Shown here: positions 1 through 9,018 of the stretch, piece after piece
How the letters are laid out: every line of letters starts with the position of its first letter
Numbering within the stretch: the stretch's first letter is position 1
DNA from: an uncultured bacterium
GTDB lineage: Bacteria > Oederibacteriota > PGYV01 > CAWJRG01
Assembly: GCA_963845185.1 (NCBI GenBank)
Contig: CAWJRG010000009.1
Coordinates: 288,001 to 352,000 of the forward strand
DNA: 64,000 nt
Direction of reading: 5' to 3'
The notes under the pieces: model-generated
Seen by the model: the letters and a program-made list of their open reading frames with translations, nothing else
Database searches by the model: none
Told to the model about the DNA's origin: nothing
Program-made: the position numbers and the translations under genes

Positions 1-6
1 TGAAAC

Positions 7-963
7 GTGGATCAGGCAGAGAGACTGAGGGAACTTGTAAAAGCCAAAAGGGTGGAGTCGGGTTCAGAGATTGAATTTGAACCTGATGAAAGAGGAGAAG
101 AAACAGTTTATGCCCATCCGCAGAATGTAAAAAAAGTGATAGCAGTAGCAAGTGGTAAGGGTGGGGTTGGCAAGAGCAATTTTACTGTAAACCTTGCGAT
201 AGAACTAAGCAATCTGGGCAACAGGGTAATGATACTTGATGCGGATTTAGGACTGGCAAATGTCGATATTATACTTGGAATAAATCCGAAATATAATCTT
301 GCGCACGTTATAACCGAAGAAAAAGACATTAAGGACATAGTGACAGAGACAGAATATGGAGTTAAGGTAATAGCAAGCGGATCCGGAGTTAAAGAACTTG
401 TTAATTTAAGTAATCAGCAAAGAGAGAGATTTGTCAGTAAAATATCCGAACTTGAAGATCTGGTAGACATATTGCTTATAGATACAGGAGCTGGCATAAG
501 CAAAAATACTTTAAGCTTTATATATGCTTCTGATTATTCTATTGTAATTACGACACCAGAGCCTACAGCGCTTATGGATGCTTATGGCCTCATAAAAGTT
601 GTTTCTTTAAGCAAAAAAAATATTCCACTTAAACTTATAGTTAATATGGTTTCATCTAAAGAAGAAGCAAAAGAAATAGCATCCAGAGTTATACTTCTAT
701 CGAGAAGATTTTTAAACATATTTGTCGAATATTACGGATTAATATTCAGGGACAAAAATGTACTAAACAGCGTTATGTCACAAAGACCGTTTTCTGTTTT
801 GTATCCAGCAACAAAAGCTACTGAATGTGTTAAAGAAATAGCACAAAAGATATCTTTAAAGATAACAAAAGAAAATGAAAAATTGAAGGACACAGTGTCG
901 AATATTCCCACTACGGTTACGACTGGTATTTTTAAAAGATTATTTGAAATATTCAGGCAATAG
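7..963 (+). CDS. flhG: MinD/ParA-family flagellar number regulator FlhG/FleN
   Basis: N-terminal MDQAERLR, deviant Walker A GKGGVGKS, DADLGLANVD, DTGAG, TTPEPTA; flagellar context. Confidence 0.92.
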   Translation: MDQAERLRELVKAKRVESGSEIEFEPDERGEETVYAHPQNVKKVIAVASGKGGVGKSNFTVNLAIELSNLGNRVMILDADLGLANVDIILGINPKYNLAHVITEEKDIKDIVTETEYGVKVIASGSGVKELVNLSNQQRERFVSKISELEDLVDILLIDTGAGISKNTLSFIYASDYSIVITTPEPTALMDAYGLIKVVSLSKKNIPLKLIVNMVSSKEEAKEIASRVILLSRRFLNIFVEYYGLIFRDKNVLNSVMSQRPFSVLYPATKATECVKEIAQKISLKITKENEKLKDTVSNIPTTVTTGIFKRLFEIFRQ

Positions 964-977
964 AAAGGAGAATTTTT

Positions 978-1355
978 ATGGAAAAAAGAAGATTTGTAAG
1001 ATTAAATAAAATGATAGAAGTTGCATGCAAAGAGATTATTGATAAATATGCTAATCCAGTTATACCACCTTCAGTACTTTATACTCAAAATATAAGCGGT
1101 GGGGGTTTATTGCTGTTTAGCCCGAAATACATGGAAAAAGACACCAAACTTGAATTTACGATTGTATTACCTGATAATAAACGTGGTATCGACGCGGTAG
1201 GAAAGGTACTAGGCAGCTCAGAATATAATGTTGAAGGCATAAAACAATATCAGATTAAAGTAAATTTTACTGAAATAAATGAAAATGATAGAGATAGGTT
1301 GATAAAGTATATTTTAAGAGAAGATATAAGAGCAAATAAGAAAAAAAAGGAGTAG
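978..1355 (+). CDS. PilZ-domain (c-di-GMP-binding) protein
   Basis: RRFVR (RxxxR) and NISGGG (D/NxSxxG) motifs. Confidence 0.85.
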   Translation: MEKRRFVRLNKMIEVACKEIIDKYANPVIPPSVLYTQNISGGGLLLFSPKYMEKDTKLEFTIVLPDNKRGIDAVGKVLGSSEYNVEGIKQYQIKVNFTEINENDRDRLIKYILREDIRANKKKKE

Positions 1356-1359
1356 TTTT

Positions 1360-1653
1360 ATGAGGGGTTTTTTTAATGATAATTTTAAGATTGAAATAGC
1401 AATGCTTGTTGGAATATTTGCATTTTTTTTGGGAGGAATGATTGGTTTAAAAAATAATATAACAACAATAATAATATATGCAGCAATAACAGGAATTTTT
1501 GGTTTTTTTCTGGCATATTTTATAATAGAAGCAACAATTTCAAAAAAAGTGAATAAAATTAATGATAGTGATAAAACTGAAAATATAAAAAATACAATTA
1601 ATAAAGGCAAAAAAATAGATATAACAGTTGATAATAAGAACGAAAATATGTGA
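1360..1653 (+). CDS. Small hypothetical membrane protein (two TM segments)
   Basis: ORF with GGAG RBS, two hydrophobic segments, position between PilZ and fliA. Confidence 0.65.
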   Translation: MRGFFNDNFKIEIAMLVGIFAFFLGGMIGLKNNITTIIIYAAITGIFGFFLAYFIIEATISKKVNKINDSDKTENIKNTINKGKKIDITVDNKNENM

Positions 1654-1762
1654 AAAGAATTGACGAGTGACGTAAAATATAAAGGCAGTTTTATAGTTTG
1701 AAAACATATCAGTATTATTTGCCTTTAAGAAGAAGGAAAGTGGCGCAAAAAAGTAATTTAAT

Positions 1763-2527
1763 ATGGAAAAGATAAATGAATTATGGCAGGAATATAAAAA
1801 GACACATGATGAAAAAATACATGAACAACTTGTAAAAAACTATTTACCACTTGTTAAATACTTGGTGGATAATATTTTGTATCATTTACCTTTAAACGTA
1901 AAAAACAACGAAAAGGAAGATTTATTTATAGAGGGGATAATAGGCCTGATGGATGCAATGGAGAGATTTGATCTTCAAAAAAATGTAAAGTTTGAAACTT
2001 ATGCAAGTAAACGTATAAGGGGCTCGGTATTAGATGTTCTTAGACATGAAGATATACTGCCTAAAAATGTACGTGAGACAGCGAAAAAGATAGAACAGGC
2101 ATACATAGATTTTGAAAGCAAGACAGGCAGGACTGCGTCAGATGATGAAATTACAAAAGAATTAAGGATGACAAAAGAGGAATTTTATGTTATACTCGAT
2201 AAAGTAAAAGGGATTTCGCTTTTATCGATGGAATCTGAGATATTTAATAAAAATGGCGAAAAGTTTTTTGTTCAAGATATAATTGGTGAGGATAATCGAA
2301 CTCTTTTTGAATTTGAGAAAGAAGAAATTGTTAAATATTTGGCGCAATTCATTGACGAACTTGAGGCCGAAGAAAGGATTGTTCTTGAGATGTATTACTG
2401 GGATGAACTTACATTGAAGGAAATCGGAGTGGCTCTCAAGGTATCTGAATCGAGAATATGTCAGATACATACTAAGATAATACTTAGGTTAAGAAGCAGG
2501 TTTAAAAAATTGGAAAAAGCGAGGTGA
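1763..2527 (+). CDS. fliA: RNA polymerase sigma-28 factor FliA/WhiG
   Basis: GIIGLMDAMERFD, KFETYASKRIRGSVLDVLR, LTLKEIGVALKVSESRICQIH. Confidence 0.95.
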   Translation: MEKINELWQEYKKTHDEKIHEQLVKNYLPLVKYLVDNILYHLPLNVKNNEKEDLFIEGIIGLMDAMERFDLQKNVKFETYASKRIRGSVLDVLRHEDILPKNVRETAKKIEQAYIDFESKTGRTASDDEITKELRMTKEEFYVILDKVKGISLLSMESEIFNKNGEKFFVQDIIGEDNRTLFEFEKEEIVKYLAQFIDELEAEERIVLEMYYWDELTLKEIGVALKVSESRICQIHTKIILRLRSRFKKLEKAR

Positions 2528-2531
2528 TGTT

Positions 2532-4185
2532 ATGGTCGATATGGATGGGTATCCAACTATAACAACAGAATCTGATGGCGTTTATTTGACGGTATATCCG
2601 CCTAAAGGAAAAGGCAAAGCTGTAGATTTGAACTCAATAAAAAAGGAAATTGATAAATATAGTATTAAAAATATAAACATGGACGCTGTTGAGCGTGCTG
2701 TTAAAGAAGCGACCGGAAAACAGGTCTTAATAGTCGAGGAAAAAATAGCTATAAAAGACGGTCAAGTCTTTATTAATTTAACCCCTGATGAAATGACAGC
2801 ACAATTAACTGTTGTACCGCCTCAAGGAGGCGGTAAAGAAGTTGAAATGGATGATGTGCAGATGGCGTTAAAACAGCACAATGTTATATTTGGTGTAAAA
2901 GAAGACAAGATAAAAGTACTTTTGGATAAAAGCAAGAAAGCAAAAGATGATCCGACTATTTTTCTCGAACCGATTGAAGATGTAATTGCCGAAGGTCAAA
3001 ATGTTCAAAACGGAGAGAATGCAAAACTCGAATTTTTATTTGAGCAGGAAGCTGCAAAACAGGAAAAATCGCCTGAACAGGAAGCGGACCAGGGTGGATT
3101 ATAGAGATGTAAAAAGCATACAGAATGTCAAGAAAGGTCAGGCACTTGCGAAAAAGATGCCGGCGACAAACGGCGTACCTGGAATGACGGTTACCGGGAA
3201 AGAAATCGCTGCCGAACCAGGTAAAGAAGTAAAGTTTATATTTGGCAAAGGTGTTGAGTCAGCCGTAGGAAATCCCGAGTTATATGTTGCCGCAAACGAT
3301 GGGCAGGTTATATACAAAGAAAACAAGTTGCAGGTGCTGGCTATATATGAGATTCCCGGAGACTTGGATATGTCAATTGGGAATATTGATTTTGTAGGGA
3401 GCTTGATAATTCACGGAAACGTAGGTGAATTTAAAGTTTATGCAGGCGAGGATATTATTATTGACGGAGTTGCCGATGGGACTGAAATCAAAGCTGGCGG
3501 AAAAGTAACGGTAAAAGGTGGCATTATTGGGAAGAAAGCTCATGTAGTTGCACAAGGTGAAGTGACCACCAAGTATATAAGAAATGCGTATGTAGAAACT
3601 GAAGCTAATATAATAGTAAGCGAAGCCGCAATGCATTCTACTTTAATAGCTGGCGGAAAAATAGCTGTTGTGGGTGCAAAGGGGTTGATAGTTGGAGGAA
3701 CTATTGTAGCTGGACATGAAATATCTGCAAGGACAATTGGTTCAAACCTTGCAACTCCGACAGATTTGGAAGTAGGTGAAACACCAAAAATGAGGGAAGA
3801 AATGCAGAAAGCTGCTTCTGAGCTTAAAAATTTGGAAGACCAACTTGATAAAACTAAAAAAGGAATAATGTTTTTAAAAGATTTAAGTTCCAAGTCTGGC
3901 GGAAATCTTCAACCAGACAAAAGAGATCTCTTAGCAAAGTTAACAAGGACACAGTTTAAACTCTTGACTGAACAAAAGAAATGGGAAGAAGTTAAAAATA
4001 AGATAGAATTAAAAGCAAAAGAAATGCAAACAACAAAAAGAGGCAAAGTTAGTTGTATGGGTTTGGTTTATACAGGTGTCAAAATAACAATAAACAAAGT
4101 AAGCAGGTCAATAACGGACGAAATGAAATATTCATCATTTGTTGAAAAAAATCACGAAATACAAGTCATACCTTATTCAGGGTAG
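2532..4185 (+). pseudogene. fapA: FapA/DUF342 flagellar assembly protein, split by a frameshift near 3090 (possibly a sequencing error)
   Basis: ORF 2532-3104 is the FapA N-terminal part; ORF 2986-4185 resumes with RVDYRDVKSIQNV and GNIDFVG. Removing one C in GCGGACCAGGGTG joins the frames. Confidence 0.85.
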
Positions 4186-4330
4186 CATTTTATAAGCTCT
4201 TTAGACAAAAAAACGATAGTTTCTGTCTAGTAATTAATTTATAGATTTGTGTTCTTGCGATAAAATGGTATCTTTTACTTGGCAAGCAACTAATTTCATT
4301 AGTTAATTCGCATATGGAGATGAAGAATAT

Positions 4331-4657
4331 TTGATAAGGTTGTATGATATTCAGGTAATAATCAGTAGTGCAACCAGTGCTGAACGGTTTCAAAATATCG
4401 CTCAGTATCAGGCGCAATTAGCCCAAGCCCGCACGGCTATTCAGTTACAAAATGAAACAATCCAGAAACACGATCAGGTACAACCATCCGAGCAGGAAAC
4501 AAATACAAAAGCAATTGATAATACAAACGCGCGTTTACATCAATGGAAAAAAGAAAAATTTTTGGAAAGAGAAAAACATAGTAAAGAAGACGATGCGGGA
4601 CAACAAGTGCAAGACCGGGCTTTGGAAATAAGCCATATAATAGATATCATCATTTAA
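4331..4657 (+). CDS. Hypothetical protein in flagellar cluster
   Basis: TTG-start ORF with upstream GGAG, Gln-rich, ends IIDIII; follows fapA. Confidence 0.6.
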   Translation: MIRLYDIQVIISSATSAERFQNIAQYQAQLAQARTAIQLQNETIQKHDQVQPSEQETNTKAIDNTNARLHQWKKEKFLEREKHSKEDDAGQQVQDRALEISHIIDIII

Positions 4658-4666
4658 AGTGACAAA

Positions 4667-5248
4667 ATGACCACAATACTAATAATTATAAATGTTGTTC
4701 TAATAATTATAGTTATAATATTGTTAACCAGCCAGAAGGAGGGTAAGGCAAATAATATATTTACAAAAATGGAAGATTTTGAATTACTTGAATTTCAAGA
4801 TAATTTAAAATCCCTTATAACCGAACTTAATAAGGTGTCTTCAACAAGTGTGAGAGATATGGAAACAAAAAAATATGAAGTTGAAAAGTTACTAGGAGAA
4901 GCAGAATTCAAAATAAGGGAAATGAAATACCTGATAGAAAGAGTACAACTTTTGAAAAAGCCTTCAATCAAACCTGAACCGCAGAAAAACGAAACAGGCA
5001 TCTTAAAATTTGCACCGAAAGATATACGAGAAGAAAACAGTATCCCTAATGAAAATATAAATGAACTCTCGAAAAAATCCAATACAAAATTTATCATTGA
5101 TGATACTGAGGTTGCAAGAAACAAGGAAAAATATAAATATGACAATATTGAAAATTTATTAAAGCAAGGAATGCCTATAAATGAAATTGCAAAAATAACA
5201 AATCTTACAATCGGAGAGATTGAACTAATAAGGAATCTTAAAAAATAG
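4667..5248 (+). CDS. Membrane-anchored DUF2802/DUF6115-like (SwrB/YlxL-like) protein
   Basis: N-terminal TM, coiled coil, C-terminal HTH-like GMPINEIAKITNLTIGEIELI; downstream of fliA-fapA. Confidence 0.6.
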   Translation: MTTILIIINVVLIIIVIILLTSQKEGKANNIFTKMEDFELLEFQDNLKSLITELNKVSSTSVRDMETKKYEVEKLLGEAEFKIREMKYLIERVQLLKKPSIKPEPQKNETGILKFAPKDIREENSIPNENINELSKKSNTKFIIDDTEVARNKEKYKYDNIENLLKQGMPINEIAKITNLTIGEIELIRNLKK

Positions 5249-5314
5249 GATTTTAAGAAATAAATGATTAAGAAATAATGGAAAACAATAAAACGGGATT
5301 AATTTAAAATCAAG

Positions 5315-5341
5315 TAAAGAAAACTAATCTATTTCCGATAT
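5315..5341 (+). promoter_or_regulatory. Sigma-28 (FliA) promoter
   Basis: TAAA-N15-TCCGATAT versus consensus TAAA-N15-GCCGATAW, 43 nt upstream of the fliK-like start. Confidence 0.75.
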
Positions 5342-5383
5342 ATAATAGTAGAAGTTTATTATATTATAAAATAAGGTGATTAT

Positions 5384-8017
5384 ATGGAGATAATGGGCAT
5401 ACAAGGAAATCTATTACAACTTTTTGCATCAGCGGATAAAAAAGTTGAAGATTTTCTGTTGTCTTTGAAACAAGGAGATATATTAAAAGGAAAGGTACTT
5501 GAAATATTTGCAAATGATAACCGTGCCTTAATTAATTTTAAAGGATATAATGTAGTATCACAGTTACCTCAAACCAACCTGATACAAAAAGGGGATATTA
5601 TAAACGTTGTTGTAAGTCAGATGGGTGATAAAGTACTAATGAAACTCATAAATGAAAGTACGGCTGGAATTTCTACAACACCGCAGGATTTAAATGGTGA
5701 ATCAGGTATAACTGGAAAACAATTATTATCTTTTTTGGAGTCAATCCAAGTACCTGTAAATGAGCAAAATGTTTTTATTGCTCAACGGATGATTGATTAT
5801 CAAGTACCTATAACAAAAGAAAATCTTAATTCAATAAATATGGCACTAGCAAGATATGTAACAAATAACAGCGTTTATGAAACGCAGAATCCATTATCTA
5901 AAAAGCAGGAAATCCTGCTTGCTTTGATTTCGGCTGCTAAACAAAGCGGAAGTATCACAAATAGTGAAGAAGCAAATAATGTTAGTTCAAACAAACAAAA
6001 TGAAGTCAGTACAAATAACAACGGCAATAATATGCCTAACATATTTAATAAAATAAATTCAGATGAGATTTCATTGAGCGCAGCCAGCGGGAATCTTATT
6101 TTGAATTTAAAAAATATCGACGATAATTTTATTAAAAATTTAATTTTTCAGGCGGTTACAGATAATATTATAACACAAAGCGAAGGTGAAAATTTAGTCA
6201 ATACACTTACTGCAACTGGATCTGCAAATTTATCCGATATTCAGTTTACAACAGGAACGTCAGGTCTGCAGCATACATTTAATACAGCATTGACTGAAAA
6301 TACTATCCCTATACCCGCAGTAAATAAAAATATCAATGAAGCTGAGTTTGTAACAAATAAAACGGCTATTGAGGAAAATACGAACATTATACAAGCAAAT
6401 CTTGATAATACGATAATCAACAAACAACCGCCAAACATTACAGAAATTAACACTGCAAACAATAAATTGATAATAGAAAACGACATAACATTATTGCAAA
6501 GAAATCCTTCTGCTTTTACAACAAATAGACCAACGGCAAATATAGCAGATATGCAGATTGTAAGAGATAAAGCAAGTTTACAGTTTATTTTTAGCAATAA
6601 TAGTAAAATTACAAACAATTCGGTTATTATGACCAGTAATGAAAAAGAACTTGTTTCGCAAATACAAAGTGATTTTGATAATATTGAAAATAACATGCAC
6701 TTATTTAATAATACAAATATAAAGGAAATGCTGCCGATTTTGAATAGATTAAATGAAGAGATAAACACTTTGAGTAATAAACTTTCAGTCTTAACTAATT
6801 CAACCAATTATACTGAGGACATTAATAAAGTCTCAACAATGATTAATAAAAATATAATTGACATTCAAAACGGATCTGCTTCATCAGAGTCGGGCAAGAT
6901 AAAGCAGTTTATTACAGATTTTATAAATTTTACAAGAAATACAACGCTGTTTAAAACACTTTCCAATACAAATATTAGCTTACAAAGCATTAAAGATGGC
7001 GCACAGCAATATGCGCAATCGAGTGTTGACATAGAATCAGCAATTGAGTCACTAGTATTTCTGAAATCAAGAAACATTCCTATTGAAAACGATAAATTTA
7101 TAGATACTATGGCAAAATATTTCAGAGACGATATGAAATTAAATCAAGGGCTTGAAAAAATTAATGATCTTATAAATAAATTTAATAATTTAGGTAAAAC
7201 GCCAAACGACGAATTTACAAATAATATTAATAAGATTAATGATGCAATTAAAAACCTAATAAATGAAGCATCAATTAAACTTCAAGACGACAATTTAAAG
7301 CAAGAAAATGTTACGCAACAAATAAGAAATTTTATTGATAAAAGCGGGCTTAATATTGAAAACAAATTAAAAGAAGCTTTATTAAATATATCCGGAAACG
7401 AAGAAAAACCCGGCGATATAAGAAATACATTTTCTCCCGATACCAAAGAAAACCTAAAATCTATGCTTATTAAACTTTTAGACGAGCTCAACAATACGAA
7501 TGACCAAAAACAGCTTTCCGTGCCACAAAAAGACACACTTAACCAGATAAAAGATGCATCAACCAATATACTAAATAACATGAATGCCATTCAGCTTATT
7601 AATCAAAAACCGGCAGCTTTTGATATGATTTATACTCAGATACCTATATTTTCCGGTAGTAGGTTATTTAATGGTGAAATTCAGGTGTGGTACAGGAAGG
7701 GCAGCATAAAAGAAAATTTTAAAAATTCATCCGCACCTGTAAATATAGTATTCCTTCTTAATACCTCGGGATTGGGAAATGTAAAAATATCTCTAAACAT
7801 ATTAAAAAATGATGTCCAATGTTCTATTAAAACTGAAAGCGAAAAAGCAAAACAGGTATTGTCCGGAGGGAAAAATAATTTTATTGATAACCTTAAAGAC
7901 ATTAATTTCAATGTAAAAGGTTTTAATATTAATATTGATAAAGACGACAAAGCAGAAATAAAACCGCTATCCAATGATAATTATATTCAGAGCGGAATGA
8001 TAAATTTTAAGGCATAA
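5384..8017 (+). CDS. Flagellar hook-length control protein FliK-like (long Asn/Ile-rich protein)
   Basis: C-terminal YTQIP...GEIQV...LNTSGLGNVKISL FliK-C-like segment; followed by a flhB-like gene; sigma-28 promoter. Confidence 0.65.
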   Translation: MEIMGIQGNLLQLFASADKKVEDFLLSLKQGDILKGKVLEIFANDNRALINFKGYNVVSQLPQTNLIQKGDIINVVVSQMGDKVLMKLINESTAGISTTPQDLNGESGITGKQLLSFLESIQVPVNEQNVFIAQRMIDYQVPITKENLNSINMALARYVTNNSVYETQNPLSKKQEILLALISAAKQSGSITNSEEANNVSSNKQNEVSTNNNGNNMPNIFNKINSDEISLSAASGNLILNLKNIDDNFIKNLIFQAVTDNIITQSEGENLVNTLTATGSANLSDIQFTTGTSGLQHTFNTALTENTIPIPAVNKNINEAEFVTNKTAIEENTNIIQANLDNTIINKQPPNITEINTANNKLIIENDITLLQRNPSAFTTNRPTANIADMQIVRDKASLQFIFSNNSKITNNSVIMTSNEKELVSQIQSDFDNIENNMHLFNNTNIKEMLPILNRLNEEINTLSNKLSVLTNSTNYTEDINKVSTMINKNIIDIQNGSASSESGKIKQFITDFINFTRNTTLFKTLSNTNISLQSIKDGAQQYAQSSVDIESAIESLVFLKSRNIPIENDKFIDTMAKYFRDDMKLNQGLEKINDLINKFNNLGKTPNDEFTNNINKINDAIKNLINEASIKLQDDNLKQENVTQQIRNFIDKSGLNIENKLKEALLNISGNEEKPGDIRNTFSPDTKENLKSMLIKLLDELNNTNDQKQLSVPQKDTLNQIKDASTNILNNMNAIQLINQKPAAFDMIYTQIPIFSGSRLFNGEIQVWYRKGSIKENFKNSSAPVNIVFLLNTSGLGNVKISLNILKNDVQCSIKTESEKAKQVLSGGKNNFIDNLKDINFNVKGFNINIDKDDKAEIKPLSNDNYIQSGMINFKA

Positions 8018-8029
8018 GGCAACAGTTCC

Positions 8030-8320
8030 ATGGCAATTATAAAACCCAGAAAACAAAAAAAATCGGCAATAGCACTTCATTATGAAAAAGAAACCCAGGA
8101 TGCACCCCAGATTGTGGCAAAAGGCAAAGGCGCAATAGCGGAAAAAATAATAGCCTTGGCAAAAGAACACAATATACCATTATATGAGGATCCTGATTTA
8201 ATAGAAGTACTTTCAAAACTCGACCTTGGGCAGGAAATTCCTCCGGAAATGTACAAATTAATAGCTGAAGTGCTTATATACGTTTATAAAGCCAACAACA
8301 AAGTAAGCAAGATAATATAA
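8030..8320 (+). CDS. FlhB C-terminal-like (EscU/YscU/HrcU family) export switch protein
   Basis: AIALHYE..DAPQIVAKGKG.IAEKII..AKEHNIP, EIPPEMY. Confidence 0.9.
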   Translation: MAIIKPRKQKKSAIALHYEKETQDAPQIVAKGKGAIAEKIIALAKEHNIPLYEDPDLIEVLSKLDLGQEIPPEMYKLIAEVLIYVYKANNKVSKII

Positions 8321-8737
8321 TTATTGATTATCCTTTGGTTTATTCTCAAAGTTTAGTTCGGTTTCCTTTATATCGGGCAGTGGTTCAACAGGTTTATGTT
8401 GACCTCCTGTTAATAGTTCCTTATCAATCAATCCTATCAAACCTTCAATTCTGCTCCTTATTGCGGCCATCTGCTCGTCAAGCTGTTCGGATGGGACATG
8501 TTCCTTTAATAGTTTTCTACACTCAAATAATTCATCAGTAATATTGATTCCAGCAAGAATAGCTATTTTTTTTGCGTCTTTAAGGCCAGTTGTTTCCTGG
8601 ACTTCATTCATCTTGCCGTTCAAGTAATTTGCAAGAGAAATGATATATTCGGGCTTTGCAACACCCTTAATAGTGTATTCATTGCCGAATATATTTACTG
8701 TTATAATTGATTTATCCATATTATTCATCTTCATCAA
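8321..8737 (-). CDS. zapA: Cell division protein ZapA
   Basis: VNIFGNEYTI, LANYLNGKM, IAILAGINITDEL; downstream of pheT. Confidence 0.85.
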   Translation of the reverse strand: MMKMNNMDKSIITVNIFGNEYTIKGVAKPEYIISLANYLNGKMNEVQETTGLKDAKKIAILAGINITDELFECRKLLKEHVPSEQLDEQMAAIRSRIEGLIGLIDKELLTGGQHKPVEPLPDIKETELNFENKPKDNQ

Positions 8738-9017
8738 TGTAGCTTGCTGTAGCCTTATTTATTATATTGTCGAGTTTCCCAATAATGGCATAAACCCTGT
8801 TGTAAGCAAGCTTTTTTTGGTTTTTAAGTTTTAAAACTTCCTGACGCAGTGTTTCGAGCTCATAAAGCATTTGAGGCGATATGGTTTGCTCCCCAGATAT
8901 ACCAGGCTTTATTTCAAGTTGGTTTTTTAAAATCATATTCTCATCTTTCAGATGCTGCATTGTCAAAATTAATTCTTTAACCTTATTTTCGAGAATATCA
9001 AGGGCTATTAAGGGCAT
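8721..9017 (-). CDS. Coiled-coil ZapB-like protein
   Basis: Short coiled coil (LENKVKELI..LKDEN..LK) between pheT and zapA. Confidence 0.55.
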   Translation of the reverse strand: MPLIALDILENKVKELILTMQHLKDENMILKNQLEIKPGISGEQTISPQMLYELETLRQEVLKLKNQKKLAYNRVYAIIGKLDNIINKATASYIDEDE

Positions 9018-9018
9018 A

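Noticed and set aside
3085..3100. Programmed frameshifting in fapA (and likewise tolC, cvrA)
   Set aside because: No slippery heptamer, SD-like stimulator or long homopolymer at the sites; a sequencing error is more parsimonious
4193..4219. Second sigma-28 promoter TAAG-N15-AACGATAG
   Set aside because: Several mismatches in AT-rich DNA and over 100 bp from the next start; too weak to call
8300..8340. 6S RNA expected downstream of zapA
   Set aside because: zapA abuts the convergent flhB-like gene with no intergenic space
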